A DNA stretch of 64,000 bases from Picochlorum sp. SENEW3 (GCA_034226945.1 CP120455.1:558001-622000); one strand, 5' to 3'; counted from the stretch's first letter, positions 22,322-36,904 are shown. The notes: generated by a model not told the origin, from the letters alone. Translations and numbers: made by a program.

Positions 22322-24427
22322 ATGGTGGAGACGGAGCGTTCTGAGGTCCTGACTGGCGTGGCCATGGGGACCCGAGGTGGCGTGGTGCGTCGTTGTTCGT
22401 TTTCCAGTGCCGTTGGTGCTGAATTAGCAGTAGATGAGTGGATTTAAATCATATAGATGCATTCATGTCGTCATATACTTGAGAGACTGGCAATTTTGGG
22501 ACTGAATGTTTCTTTGCGTGATGTGCAGATGGAGGGAAGCATACAACTTAGTTCAAAAGGTATCGTGTGGAAGCGAAGCGGCGGAGGTAAGACGGTCGAA
22601 GTGGCATCTGACGATATCAAACGTATGATGTGGACAGAGATGCCGCGTATCGAAAATTCTACAGGGGTGAAATCAACGGTGCTAGTGGTAATTCGAAAGG
22701 ATGCCAATGGATCTGTGAATTTCATAGGATTTCCAAAATCCAAGCTAGCCGCACTTCAAACCATGGGACTAGGTGAAGCCAAAGAGACAAAGTTAACGAC
22801 CAAAGGCGCCAACTGGGGCTCTATTGAGATGCAAGGGGCGAATGTCATTTTTAAGAATGGGGACATGCCTGTTTTTGTCGTCCCTCTGTCAGATGTGTTG
22901 CAAGCACAGCATGGGCGTGAAGAAGTAACTGTTCAGCTTCCAGTGGATGATCAATCTGTGGATCGTAATGATGACGCCTTGGCTGGATTGTCCTTCTATG
23001 TGCCCAAGGCATGTGAAGATTTTGGCAAGGCTGAAAAGGATGGTGAAGAGTTGCCTGCTAGTAAAAAGTTTTATGATGTTTTGAAATCGTACACCATGGA
23101 TGTTGGGGCAGGTGATATCATCGCATCGTTTGACTCTGTTGGTGTGCAGCTTCCAAGAGGCAGATTTGATGTGGAGATGTATCCATCAAGTTTTCACTTG
23201 TTGGGTCAGGCACACGATTTCAGAGTGCAGTACAGCTCTATATTGCGTATTTTCATCTTGCCTCGATCAAATGCACCGCAGACTATTGTGGCAGTGGCGT
23301 TGGATCCACCATTAAGAAAAGGACAAACAACATACCCCATGGTCCTGTGTCAGTTCCATAATGATGAAGAAATGACCATAGATTTGCAATTGAGCGAAGA
23401 ATCTTTGAAGAAATTGAACGATAAAGGAGCCAAGTTGACGAAAGAAATGACTGGTCCCTCCCCGGATGTGTTTGCCAAGACTCTGAGGGGTCTGTCTGGA
23501 GCCAAACTGACACGCAATGGTGCATTCAGGGATGCAACAGGGGAAGGGCATGCAGTTCGTTGCTCGTACAAGAACGACGACGGTCATTTGTATCCTTTGG
23601 AAAGAGCGTTCTTTTATCTGTTGAAGCCACCCATGTTGATTCCATACGACGATATTCGAAGCGTGGAGTTTATGAGGCAGACAACAGGTATATCTGCTGC
23701 CAAGACGTTTGATCTTCTGATAAAGATGAAAGGTGTTGCTGATGATGTACGGGAGCAGCAATACTTATTCCGAAGTATTCCTCGATCAGAATGGACCAAC
23801 TTGTTCGAATGGATTCAGGCCAAGGATCTCAGAGTCGAAAATCTGAAAGAGGTGCAGAATGGTCCATCAGCTCCAAGCCCCTATGGAGAAGGCATGGTTG
23901 GCATCGATCCTGCTCTTGCGGCAATTGATGCACAAGAGAGTGATGAAGATGAATACGAGGAGCCAGACGAAGACTTTGAGGCTTCAGAAAGTGAGAGTGA
24001 TGGTGACGATAGTGTTCTGTCTGATGAGGAGGGAGCACCAGATGTTGTTCCAGAGACCAAACCAAAGCGCAGCAAGCCAGTGTCAGAGAGAGAGGGTGGC
24101 AAAAAGAAGCGCAAAAAGAAGGATAAAAATGCACCCAAGAAGGCATTATCTGCGTTTATGTGCTTCTCGAACAGCGTGAGGGAGAAAGTCAAGGAAGACA
24201 ACCCTGGTATTGCATTTACCGATGTTGCCAAAAGGATTGGAGAGATGTGGAAAGAGCTGAGTGACGCAGACAAGGCTCCATATGAAGCTATGGCCAACGA
24301 AGACAAGGAACGATATGCCAAGGAAATGGCCGCATATAACGCTGGGCAGACCGAAGCAAAGCAAGAGGAACCGAAAGAAGAGGTGAAGACTGAGCAAGAG
24401 GACTTTTCCATCAAGGATGAACCATAA
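22322..24427 (+). CDS. SSRP1: FACT complex subunit SSRP1
   Basis: Motifs GANWG, PRGRFDVEMY and LDPPLRKGQTTYP, an acidic tract and an HMG box (DKNAPKKALSAFM). Intron 22385-22528. Confidence 0.95.
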
Positions 24428-24444
24428 CTTCCTACACTTCATCA

Positions 24445-25781
24445 TTACATGCCAAAATGTTTTAATATATTTTCCAATCGTTCATGGTCATCTTTATCAG
24501 TACATCCTTTGCCAAAGTGATGCGCATTCACGCCCCACACGCTTGCAGACAAGGCATCCTTCTTCCTGAGACACCCCACTGTCCCGTCAATGGAGACGCG
24601 GGCATCTGCATACTCTGTCTTATAATTACCAGCATGAGTCACATTGACATCAACCTTTTCAACAGTGGAATCTTCTAATACAATTCTATCTGCCTCTTCC
24701 TGAGAAATACAGTCTCCGCCAGTGTATAAAATATCCCTGTCATCCCACACACCACCATTCCAACCACAGGACTGAATACTTGGAGAATGCACAAACAAAC
24801 ACTCCTCCTCCACTCTTTTAATCTTCCACCCATCCTGTAGCAGCTCTTGAAACATTAAACCATCATTATGGGATTCGTCAACACCATAATCATAGGTCAA
24901 TTCACCAAAGTACCGATACTCTTTCATCAGACGAGTCCTGTTGATGGCCACAGACCCCAGATCAACTTGGCACCACACCATGTTGTTCCGTTTACAGTTA
25001 TGCCCATGGTTATACTCTGGGGTAAATCTATCACAAGGAGGCATCGTGGGACGATTAAATCTGCTATAAAAATCAAAACTCACCAAGTCTGTATCCTCAT
25101 CCGCTGTTGCAAGGATGGTTGAGATGAAACTACGACCATAGAGGTTATCCCCATTCGTCACCACAACCCATGTCGTCGATGGACTACAAAGACGAATCGC
25201 ATCATCAGTCATATTATACAGGGTACCATGGTATCCATTCGCCCAAGCACCATCAATTTTGGGAGTATAGTCCTCACCAATCTACACAAGTAAAGACACA
25301 TCACATGATTTATAGTATAGTATGTACTTGCCATCGTCTCGATACGTACCCACTCAGCGAAAACCCACGCCCTTGTCTCGTTCATACTCTCAAGAATAGT
25401 GTACATCTCTGGAAAAGGCTTCTTGTCAGCAACCACAAACACAGCTTCCCAACTGCATTCAACAGACCATGGACAGTAAGATTGACACATTCACACTCCC
25501 ACGACAGCACCAAGCACCTACTTTTGCTCATCCTGATCTTGTAAAGACTTCAAGAATGATCGTAATTCACCCCCATGCTCATCTCCATGTCCCCAATACG
25601 TCCTCACAACGAAACACACAGATGGTGGAACTGGACCACCCACTGGCCCGCCAGTCTCCACAGCGCACGATCCTGGCCCTTCAGAAGATGCAGAGCACGT
25701 ATCGTTATTACCACTAACCCCGTTAAATACAATAAAATACGTGAGAAGAAGCAGAATCTGGGCATAAAACAGTCGACTCAT
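24445..25781 (-). CDS. Secreted/type II membrane glycosyltransferase-like hypothetical protein (multi-exon)
   Basis: Hydrophobic N-terminus, VCFVVRTY first strand and a WVVVTNGDNLY DxD-like motif. Three ORF pieces are separated by short introns. Confidence 0.55.
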
Positions 25782-25904
25782 CGTGTTGTTGACCCGCTTG
25801 AACAAATTTTTTGGATTGAATTTTGAACCCTCAATGCATATCTATCGATGTAGTGATGCTCTGTACTACGTTTTTAAATAAATTAAATTATTTCTATCAA
25901 GGAT

Positions 25905-28900
25905 TCAGCCATCATCGTCCGGGCCAGAGTCATTTGAACTTTGATCGAGAGGGAAATGGTCAGCAATAAATTCCTCATAGTCCTTGTCAGGATCAGCAAC
26001 GATGAAATCTTCCAGATCTGACACATCATCGTCCAGTGCATCGCTTCCTCTCCTACCTGATTCTTGTACGATGGCTCTGACAAAGGGGTTCTGGATATCT
26101 TTCACTGTTTTCCCCTTGGCATTGGTGCTACGTTTTGAATGCCCGTGGCTGTCCTTGTCAACAATAATAATATCTGGGGTGTTTTGTATTTCCTTGATCG
26201 CTCTTTTGTAGATCTCAGATTGTTTATCCATCTTTTGGATGGACTCCATGATGATGGTCATTCTGTAGTGGGTCTCACTCACAATAGCCTGCACTGGGGA
26301 CATGAGGGTGTCAGGGATGGACTGAATCTTCTTTGGGTCCATGGCATTGACGACTGAAAGATATGCTTGGCACGCTTCAGCAATATCCATTCCTACAATG
26401 ATGGATCCAGCATCTGGAAATTCATCATTCGACTCATCCCATCTTCCCAGGACAACATCCTCCCAGTCTTCTGCAAGTCCACAGTAAATTTCACAGAGTG
26501 CTGAAATGACAGAGAAAAGACTCAGGTTGAACTTTTTCTGCTGGCATATGTGATATATTCCAGTATCAGTCTCTGTACTTGTATGCGATCCCGAAAAGAT
26601 GGAGAAAATATCAATGCATAGCGTTGCACACAAAGAGGAACAGGCCTGCAGGGCTCCATGAATATTGGAAGAATCTTCAGCAAGTTCTTGGATCTTTCTG
26701 GAAATGAGCGACAAACTACTCGTCAGGAATTGATACTTTGCTGGTATACGTGCTGTTGATACGGGGTGAGACCACACGTCAAGATTTTCGTCTGTGAGCC
26801 AAAATGCTTCAAGCTTCTTGTTCTGTTGGAGAGACTGCCATACAACCCAACAGCAAGAGGCTGTGTAGCACAGCACTTCGGTTTCCTCGCCAAGTCCACA
26901 TAGATCAGGGATGTGAGCAGCTGATTTTGAATCAATTGTACTTCCTAAGAGAGGCGGAAATGTCATGCAAGAACGGACCATACCCTGTACCAGGTCAAGG
27001 GGGTGGACTGACAATCCACCCTTATTTGCATGCATCTTGCTTTCGTGAATGTCTTCAGTGGCTAATGAATTGCATGTGTGAAGCAGATCCATAAACGATC
27101 CAACCATGAGATCAATCGAGTGCCGTGTTGTATGCATCGCAACATGCCGGAATTGAAATGATACATACAAGAGGCAACCAACTGAAGGGGAGCTCTTCAC
27201 AACATTGCAACAGTTTTTCCATATGGATCGGCTATAGTCAGGCTGTAGTAGTTTGAGTGATGCGCTGACGGCATGTTCCCGTGATTTATCTCCAATAATG
27301 TGATACAGCATACGATCTTTGGCTCCAGTGTTGGGTGCACAGTTGACAACGTGGGATGCTAGCATGACAACTCCAGAAATCAAAGACTGCCATGGGAAGA
27401 GTGATGATACGTCGATGAGGCTCTTGGGGACATCATCAACTATGACTCCATTTTTCATTTCAAACTCTGAATCATTTTGGGCAGTTGATTCCCCAAAAAT
27501 TGCGTCAAAGGCCACGTCCATGCCACTCTTTCTACGAGAGGAAGGTCTCTCAGTCTCATCATGCCACTGATGGTAGTTCGAATCCTGCAGATTGTTTATT
27601 ATGAAAAAAGATCTCATTTCGTTTCACTCGAGCAAGCTTTCATTTTTTTAGTATTCATCAGATTGAAAGGTTTCGAATAAACCGACCAACACATCAAATG
27701 TAACTCACCCCTAACATTTCGACCAGTTTGTCTTTATCCTTAATGTAGGCCTGCCATAGAATTTCCCGGGTCTCCGAGTCTAAATTATACGTTGCAGGCA
27801 TTATTACGCGTCCTTTGTGATGATAAGAAGACACATGTGGCTTTTCTTCAACCTTGATAGCGCCAATACCCTCGCTGCTGCTCGGTTTGCTATCAATCCG
27901 CTCTGGTTGAATTTTTTTGGGTCGCTTCTCCTGAGGTGCATCACTCCTGGCAGAATCCTTCGCAGATATCATTGCTAGCAATTCGTCCACATCTTGATCG
28001 TGCTCTGCAATAAGATCATTCTTCTCACTCTCGGGCTTCTCATCAGAATCCAGGCCATCTTTTTGAGCAAGCAGTGCTCCAAATCTATCATCTCGAGAGA
28101 AACCCACTCGAGTCCTTTGTGCAAGATTGGCGAACAATTGCGTCGACTCCGCAAATAATACCTTTTTAGGAGCCATCAAGCCTCTAATTGAAGCCTCTAG
28201 AAGAGGCTCAAGCAGTATGAGCATCTCAACAGACTCCTCATCCAACTCTACAGTTTTGGGACGCTTGCCTTGTCTCGTCATCATGTCCAGCACCAAGGTA
28301 ATCTGAGGCGGCGTCATCAACAGCGTCTCGGAAGATTCGACAAAAAATGGCAAAAGCCGAAGCCCAATATCCAGAGGCCATTGCACTGCTCGAAGTTCAC
28401 TGTACCCAACAGCCCGTGCAAATTGCCCCAACTCCCAGCGAATTATGAGTAATTTAGAAATCATACGGTGGACTTTGATCCAATTTGCATCTCCAATCTG
28501 GGGTCTCTCTTCCTCATCCATCACATGCAAGATGGAGACTAAAAGCTGCATCACAAGTTCAACAGAAGCTACCGTAGAGTCCAAATTCTGAGCTACTGTC
28601 TCCTGATCAAGAGAATCTGTGGTGATTGTTCCTCCAGCAATGGACATGACAACCCACTCTGGATTCACAAACTTGTGACTCAAGTTCTCAATCATAGGTA
28701 AAAATATCCCATATGCATCCTGCAATACATCAAGCGACCCTCGAAACCTTGAATCAAGCAGAGGCAAACTTGCCAAGCCAAGCGCACACGGCCACCAACT
28801 ACCACAACAGTCAGACGAATCCATGGATTCCTTCAGTCTGGAAATACTTCTTTGGACGCAAATACTTAATATCAGTTTATACTCTGTTTGATATGCAACA

Positions 28901-29476
28901 GGAGCACGCCCAACAGATTTGAGCATCATATCATACAACTGGATACAGCCCCTCTCTTTGCCATCAACCTCCAAGGCATCAAATATAACCTGCACTGCAT
29001 CTGGCTGAAGCTGCAATTCGACAGCATACGTTCTGAAAAGTACGTCTATAACCCAAGGAATCTCCTCCACGAGTATATCCCTCACATGCTTGTTCAATGT
29101 CTGCAACACAAAGATTATATTCATGTTCTTGTCTTGCTCTCAACCACCACTACTGGAGCAATATGCACCGCACCTCTCGAAGCTCTTCTGATCGCACTCG
29201 ACATATGCGATCCAATAAAGACACAAACGATGGGAGCAGCCGCGACAAGTCGTCACCGGAAGATGGTCTCTTGTCTCCAAGTTTTCGCTGACTTGAAATT
29301 TTCTCACTCAACCCGCGCAAAGCAGCCAATATACTTGCATCCTGTACATAATAAAGGTTAAATAATAATTTAAATCATACACAGAACCTATTTGACTCTA
29401 GATTGTCCTCACTGACCTGTAAACTTGAAATCCGCTCCCTCAGAATTCCAAGTTCCTCTTCGCGCGAATTCTCCAT
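25905..29476 (-). CDS. Large hypothetical multi-exon protein with acidic C-terminus
   Basis: Long same-strand ORFs 27694-29124 and 25905-27617, plus upstream exons from MENSREEE with splice-like junctions. Confidence 0.65.
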
Positions 29477-29766
29477 CTCTGCTGCTTTCTTACGAATACA
29501 TTGTTTTATAATTATTAGCAAAAAAGGATATTTATTATAATTGGTATGGCATCTATCAGCTCCGCGACACCACGAGTAGTAGTTCAAATTTGAAAACCAA
29601 GGTTTGAATTGAATTCACCTTCAAGGTGCGCACAGACCTAAAAACATGTACATCCATACAACAATGATGCATGCCAATTACATACTATTTCTTATCAAGG
29701 TGAGCATGTCATCATCACAATCAGTACTCGTCCTAGTAGGCTAGTGGACCAACAACAGCTGTTTGT

Positions 29767-30719
29767 TCAGTTGTTATTGGTTGTCCGTCGCAACTGTCTT
29801 GCAGGCCGTGCCTCCTCCTGTGGGGTCAGAGGAGGTTCCTGGGTCGTTCCAACTGCCTGAACAATTGCCTGATCTTTCATCGTAGCATGCCTTGTAAATT
29901 CATCCAACGCCCCAGTAAAAAATGCCCGAACATTATTGAGCTCCATGGCTGATAAATTGTTCAATTTCACTGCAGCTGCCTCTTGCAGGAGTGACAACCC
30001 CTGTAAAATTTTAGTCTGTCGGGTCTTTTGAATAAGATTTACTAAATCTCTCACGCGTGCTTCTTCATCGCCGAATACCTCTTTCGGTAATGACTCTTGT
30101 GTACCAGCTGTAAACAAAAATTGGGCAATTTCCTGATAATGGAATGGAAGTGGCTGAAAATTCCCAGGCTCGCTTCGCTCCAATTCCAGCACAGCTGCAA
30201 TCATGACATCATGGATGAAACTACATGGTATACCACACTGGTGCATGCAAAGCAAAAGAAAAACATCACCAACAACATACTCTGCAAAAATTCAGGCCTC
30301 ATCCACTCTGGCGCTTTGATTGTGCACTTTTTCCTCTTCCACAAAGCCAAAGCCATCCACAAAGGAACTTGACACTCTCTATTGGGCTGAAATGGGCCAA
30401 ACTCTCCCTGCATCACATCACATCATGAGCCCATGAGACGTGCGTTGCCACCACAAGAGGAAGAGAAAAATACATGGGAATTGCCATACCATGATACATT
30501 CAAACGTCCTGCGAGGCGTGAGAATTGAAAAGTTTGGTACTATTGTAATCAGCTCATCTTGTGCGAAAAAATCCACCTGCATATTTTTTAAAAAAGAAAC
30601 AAGACATCAGTCACTCTGCCCCAGCTGTTTGAGCTGTCAACAAGAGAGACAAAGCACAGCTCCATACACACCTCTCGCGGTGTAAATACGAGGTTATTCT
30701 GCCCTGATAACGTATTCAT
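29767..30719 (-). CDS. PSF2: GINS complex subunit Psf2 (4 exons)
   Basis: Motifs FFAQDELITIVPNF, GEFGPFQP..VPLWMALALWKRKKC, FQPLPFHYQEIA and LNNLSAMELN. Confidence 0.92.
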
Positions 30720-31254
30720 ATCGTTATCAGACCCTTATATACACGTCAATGGTCTCAATCGAGCGCTCTTGGAATGTTTTCGCTCATGGTTTCAAAAACC
30801 AATTCCTCTCCACATGTCTATCCATCTTCCAAAACAATACACGAATGTCCAAATACAGTCCTATAAAAATCAAATATTACATGTAGATGTACAGATGGAG
30901 CGTGTCGATGCCTAGGCCAAATTCAAACGCACGCCTGTCGATCGATATCCGACTGGCCCATTAAATCAACCATCTGATGGTACGCATAGTTTCTCAAGAG
31001 TATGGCATCCGCATAGTAATAGTCTTGCATGGATTCAGAGCATGATGAAAAGAATTCTATTTTTAAAACACAACTGCATATAGGTTATTCTCCTTGCTGA
31101 TGCCCTACAGGCTGCACAAGTGTCATGCCAGCGTGGAACGCAATTGAATTTCACAAGAGCAGGGAATGGCATCTATATGCAAAGGAAAACGATTGAAAGT
31201 ATCTATAGAATTTTACAAAAGAGGTGGACGATAGATTGGAGGTGTAGAGAGGCG

Positions 31255-34200
31255 ATGATGGGGACACGACGTGTTGGTGGGCACCCTGTGGGTGGTGGTC
31301 GAGTAGGGGCTGTGGATGCTCTGTGTATCAATCCACGGGTCAAGTCGATGATTGGAAGGGAGCGTATATATACCGGTGGTGGACGGGGTTTTCAGGCGTG
31401 GCGTCGAATGATGTCTGTGAGTAGTGATGTTGAATGGGTTGATGAGCAGGCAGAAAGATACGGGGTTGATGATGAGAGAGCACCCCCGCAGTATTCCAGC
31501 CAGACGCACGTGTCGGTGGAGGGGAAGATTATGAAAGTTCAATATAGATCAAGTGAGAGTGGGTATTCCGTTCTCAAGGTGGGAATAGATCCAGAGAGGG
31601 CAACAGATATTCCCAATCTTGCACTTGAGGGGTCTGGATCAAAGTTTCGGTATGGTCAGAAGAAGAGGCGGCGAGATTTTTCGATTACTGTTGTTGGTAT
31701 TTTGCCAGTGTTGCACGTTGGACAAGGGGTGACTGTGCAGGGAAGTTGGACAACACATCCTACGTATGGGATGCAGTTGAAGGCACAGCAGGTTGAGACA
31801 AGGACACCGAGTGGACATGAGGACCTTGTGTCGTTCTTGTCTGGGGGTGCGATTCATGGAGTTGGACCATCGACGGCGGTTCGGATGGTGGAGGTGTGGG
31901 GAACGGATATTCTTGATGTGCTTGATTCTTCAGATGCTGTTGTGAAATTGCAACAGTGTGATGGCATTGGGAAGAATAAAGCTGTTGCGATCAAGTCTGC
32001 GTGGGATTGTGGGAGAGATGCTCGGGATGGAGCAAAGTTTTTATGTGAAGGTGGTATCCCGGCTGGTCCAGCGCAGAGAGTGGCTGAATTGTTTGGAGGG
32101 GATACGCAAAGCAAGGTTGATGCTGATCCGTACTCAACATTGAGTCGTTTTGGGATTTCTTTGGATGCTATTGAAGCGTTTGCAGTCAAGACGGGTGTCA
32201 TGTCAGACTTTGTGTCTCGTATTTCATTGGTTATAACACGGTGTTTGATGGCATCGTCAAATCGAGATGGACATGCGTATTTGCCATGGGGGGGACTGGA
32301 AGGCCTTGCGTTGACAAGATTAGAGACCTTGTCGCATCGATTTGGAGGTACGGAGTATATATCATTTGGATGGAGTATTATACAACAGGAATAAGAAGAC
32401 CGAGTTCCATTTTTATTGTTCATGCAGGTGATTTTAGAACAGTGACCCCTGATCAGTTGAAACGAGTTGCCTGGCATATGTGTCACAAGGGAACATTAAT
32501 TTGTGAGACGGGGGACTTGTTTCATGGATCGAATTCAAATGTTGGGAGTATTTCTGTTCCTTCTGTATCTGTTGATGAAATGCGAGGGATCCTGCATGGG
32601 GTGACAAAGAGGCAAATGGAATCATTGCTGGATACGCATGGTGAGAATTTGGTTGGGATTCTTTCCGGTGATGAGGAAGAGGCAGTCGACTTGCTGAAGA
32701 AATGCCCTGGCATTGGGCCCAAAACTGTGGAAAAAATTTTAAATGCATGGAAAGAAAATAGGCCTGACACTCAGGGTAGAGCATTGTTGCATGGTGTATC
32801 AATCATTGAAGATTTGGAAATGGCAAACATAGATTCCCCATGTGAATGGACAGACTCTGTGCGGTGTTACTTACCGCAATTTCATAAAGCAGAAACAACT
32901 ATTGTAGATTGTATCACTGGAAAATCTTCAATCTCACAGGATATTTCACCTCCTAGATCTCAAAAGATCAAGCAATGGATTGACATGAATCAAGAGACAA
33001 CAAACGTTGTTCTATCCAAGGGGCAGCGTGCTGCAATCGAATTGGCTTCAGATGCACCGATTCTTGTCATAACAGGGGGTCCTGGATGTGGTAAAACTAC
33101 AGTATTGCAGTATATTGTCAAATTATGGTGTGCTCAAGGAAAGATGGTGCATATTTGTGCTCCAACTGGTCGAGCAGCTCAGCGAATTGGTGCAATTCAG
33201 AACGTGGAACCGAGTACAATACATCGATTATTAAAGTATAGACCAAAGAACTCGTCAGAAGCACAGTCAGGAATGTCCTTGGAATCTTTGGATGAAGATG
33301 AGATAGACTGGGGAGAAATGGACTGCTTTGAGCATGGTTTGACAAACAAACTTGAGTCCGATGCCGTTTTAGTTGATGAAGCGTCAATGCTCAGTCTTCC
33401 TCTTGCGGCTGCATTGATGCAATCTCTAAAAACCGAGACCCAGCTTATTCTTGTCGGGGATGTTGACCAACTTCCCCCTGTAGGCCCTGGTGGTATTCTA
33501 GATGCCGTAATATCATCTGGTGTTGTTCCTGTTGTCGATCTTCGTGAAATTTTCAGGCAAGAAACTACATCGAACATTGTTACATCTGCTTTATCTGTGC
33601 GAAGTGGAAACTATCCACCAGTGCCCGAGTTACATCTAGATGGAGGGAATGCTTTCGATCAGATTGTGCATCAGAAGGGATCATTTATTGTCAGAACTGG
33701 TGACAATATCATCGAGTCGGTTGAGCGCATTGTCGAAACCATGATCCAAGAACCTGGAGCGGATATTAGTGACACACAGATCATTAGTCCAATGAGAAAA
33801 GGTCCCGTTGGCGTTGGGGTATTGAATCCAAGGATCCAGGCTATTGTAAATCCTCCCGAGCTTGGAAAACTAGAAGTCTCTAGAGGGGATGTGATCCTAC
33901 GAATGGGAGACCGAGTATTGCAGCTACACAACGACTATGACAAAGATGTCTACAATGGGGACCAGGGAACCATTGTGGATGTGGATCCAGTGCTCAAAAA
34001 GGTATGGGTGCAATTTTCCAAAGGTTTTGGTGGAGACAGCCAATTGCTTGAATATTCAGGCATGGAGCTGTCTCATCTGGATTTGGCATATGCGGTGACT
34101 GTTCATAAAGCCCAAGGTGGTGAAGCAAAGAATGTTGTTATGGCACTGTCACATCATCATGGCAGGCTTCTGACACGCCCTTTGCTATACACTGGCATCA

Positions 34201-34751
34201 CACGAGCACGGGAGACCTTGGCCATGGTGGTTGGATCGACTTTGATAGACCCGGTCTCGGTTGCTATCAACACAGTGGGTATGGAGACACGCTTGTCATC
34301 TTTGGTTGAACGGCTAGTTTCCAAAGCAACAGCGCTGCATATTCCCCACCATGAGGTTGCAAGCTTTTTTGATGAGCAGGAAGAATGTGGCAATGCCAAC
34401 TGTGGTGTCCAAGAAGTTCTGAATGAATTACAAGTACGGAAGAACACAGCAGACAAAATAATCAAAATATTCGAGTCTCAGAATCTTCCTTGCGTGGATG
34501 TAGCGATGCTTCAAGCCAACATTCAATTGGTGTCCGACATTTGTACATCTGGACAAGCCTCCCCTGACCAAGTGCTCGAATCTGTACCTTTTCTTATGGT
34601 CGCTTCCCAAGACTATCTTAGCAAGAGTCTAGAATTTAGCACGAAAATACATGATGGCATCATGTCCTCATCTCCAGGACAGGATGATGACAGCAGCAGT
34701 CTTGTCATGCAGCTTGCACACCTCAGACATGCTTGGCAGGACAATCAATAA
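31255..34751 (+). CDS. RecD2-like SF1B ATP-dependent DNA helicase, probably organelle-targeted
   Basis: N-terminal OB fold (HPTYGMQ) and HhH motifs; TGGPGCGKTT, APTGRAA, VDEASM, GDVDQLPPVGPG, IFRQ, AYAVTVHKAQG, YTGITRAR. Intron 32348-32427. Start approximate. Confidence 0.9.
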
Positions 34752-34761
34752 TCTTATTCGA

Positions 34762-36612
34762 CTATATCCACTCTTCTCTGAGAATCATTGTGCTGAAAAT
34801 CTGACATATAGATTCCATTGTAAGCATCTCATACAAAGATTCGAAATCTGCTTTCACACCGGCAACCGACATGCACTCCAACTCCTGTGCCCATTGCTCT
34901 GCTCCAAATGCTTTCAGGACGCCCAGCAAATTTTTCGACAGCGAATAATCCCGTTTCGTCATTTCTTGCAACCCACCTTCGACACTTAATCCCTTGATGG
35001 TTGACATGCGCAGGCCTAACCATTGCAAATCTGGCAATGTAAACTCCTTTGATTCTGGGGAATTTTCAGATCCAAACTTGTACTGAGCCAAGATATGCAA
35101 TCCATGAGGATTCCAATCCACCAGTCCCACCATAGGAATTGAAGGATATGTATCATGCAGCTTTTTTAAAAAGGCACGCGTCGCGATATCTGGATACCCT
35201 TTGGCAGTGACGAGCAAACAGTCCTTGAGCATTGGTGAAGCTTGAACAAATCGCTGAAACATGGTTTCCTTCTCAATAACCAGAATACACGACGCACGAC
35301 ACCTCATAGTCGACTTCCAAATCAATGGTATGCATCCTGGTATAGAGTATCCTCTTTCGAGCAGAGAGCAGTCCACAGAAGGCATGAGTGACCCTGTAAA
35401 CTCCATCACTAATGGCCCATACACCAGTCCCTTTGAGCAACAATCTATACCCAGACTGTACCTTGGAACCTGTAATACACGGCACGCATTCCTCAACACA
35501 TCTGCATGTTGAGTTGCCTTTAGCAAAGGATCTCGAGCCTTGCTGGCGTAATATAGCTCCCTTTGGGTACTCCTGTGACCAGTACACAGCAACCTTTCAT
35601 GCGCCGTGTTCAGCATGGATACAAAGAGTGCAAAGCGATCCAAAGACGATACATTCCCAGGATCAATTCCAAAAAGAACTTTCTGCCTCTGTGATACATC
35701 AGCAGGAGAAGAGAAAAAAACAGGAAGCTGCCCCATGGACAGGGTCGACAAGATGAATTCGACACAGCATTCAATCCTCTCAATCACTTCTGATGCATTC
35801 AAACCCTATAAGAACAACATAATCATATGATGATGATTGCATATATGTGTATATATCAGCGCATACGAGTACCTAATAATAAAACCCACACGCACCATGT
35901 TCAGCATCCCAGACCCTACTTTGACCCCATCATGGTCATGCCTCATTTTATCATGCTCAATACCACCAACGGGCTGACACACGGTCAACTCTTCCTCCAA
36001 CCCATATTCAAACACACCATCATCATAGTCTTCTTCTTCTTCTTCTCTTTCTCTATGCATATCTCGCTGCTGTGGAGTATGAGTAGCATCCCCAGAATCC
36101 GCACAAGAGGGTCGTTTCCTACACTTCCTTCCATGAACCATTCCAACATCCCCGACACATTCCGCCATCAAACCACTACTACGAGGCCCCCTCTCACTCC
36201 ACGTTGGAATCACTGCATAATACTCTTGAATACCGCAAGACCCAGTATCATGCTCTGACACCCCACTGGTGTCCTGGCATAAGACATCTTCACGTGGCCT
36301 CTTTGACGCCACAAATTCATCCTTGAGCTCCTTCAGCGTCTTCTCCTCCGCAGTATCGGCACAAGAGACAAGAATCCTCTCATAATACCGCTGCGGAGCA
36401 GCAATATTCCATATCTTTGCACAACACGCCAGAGGACTCTGAAACACCTCTCCACAAGAAGACAACTCATCACACCATCGTATCCGTCCATCCTCCAATA
36501 CATCCAAAACATACTCTCTACTTGGATCATTTGTACTCGACAGTCGCATGACACCCTCTCCAACCGGCACCACCCCCGCCCGAACCATATCCCGAAACAC
36601 ACACCCAACCAT
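34762..36612 (-). CDS. SPO11-2: Meiotic SPO11-2 with a spliced N-terminal RAMA-like domain and acidic linker (~586 aa)
   Basis: Catalytic TQRELYY; IEKETMFQR, TAKGYPDIATR, and VDWNPHGLHIL (SPO11-2-type). The core ORF begins at a TTG and joins in frame to the upstream exon through intron 35806-35895. Confidence 0.85.
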
Positions 36613-36659
36613 TGATTGATTACTACGCCAAGTGCGTTTTACTTGCTCTTGTCTAATAA

Positions 36660-36904
36660 TATTATTATTATATGTATTAAATAATGTATAATTGTATATG
36701 CGAGTATACAGCAAATGCATGAAGACATGCGTGGATGACCATATCGAGGCAGAGCCACAAACATCCACTTGCATGAGGACCTGCATGGCATTGGCTGGCG
36801 AGCAACTCATGCTGATGAATACAACCAGACACCACGGATGGCATAATGATGGGATTTTATGATCAGCATAGAGGAGATTGAGTGATTATTAATCCCGTCA
36901 CCAT
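36660..36904 (+). repeat. Direct repeat A, copy 1 (~245 bp)
   Basis: A ~98-bp core (36770-36868) is near-identical to 39411-39510; the flanks are more diverged. Confidence 0.9.

Noticed and set aside
23881..24414. Long antisense ORFs such as this one, 53968-54708 and 62677-63249
   Set aside because: These are shadows of well-supported genes on the opposite strand.
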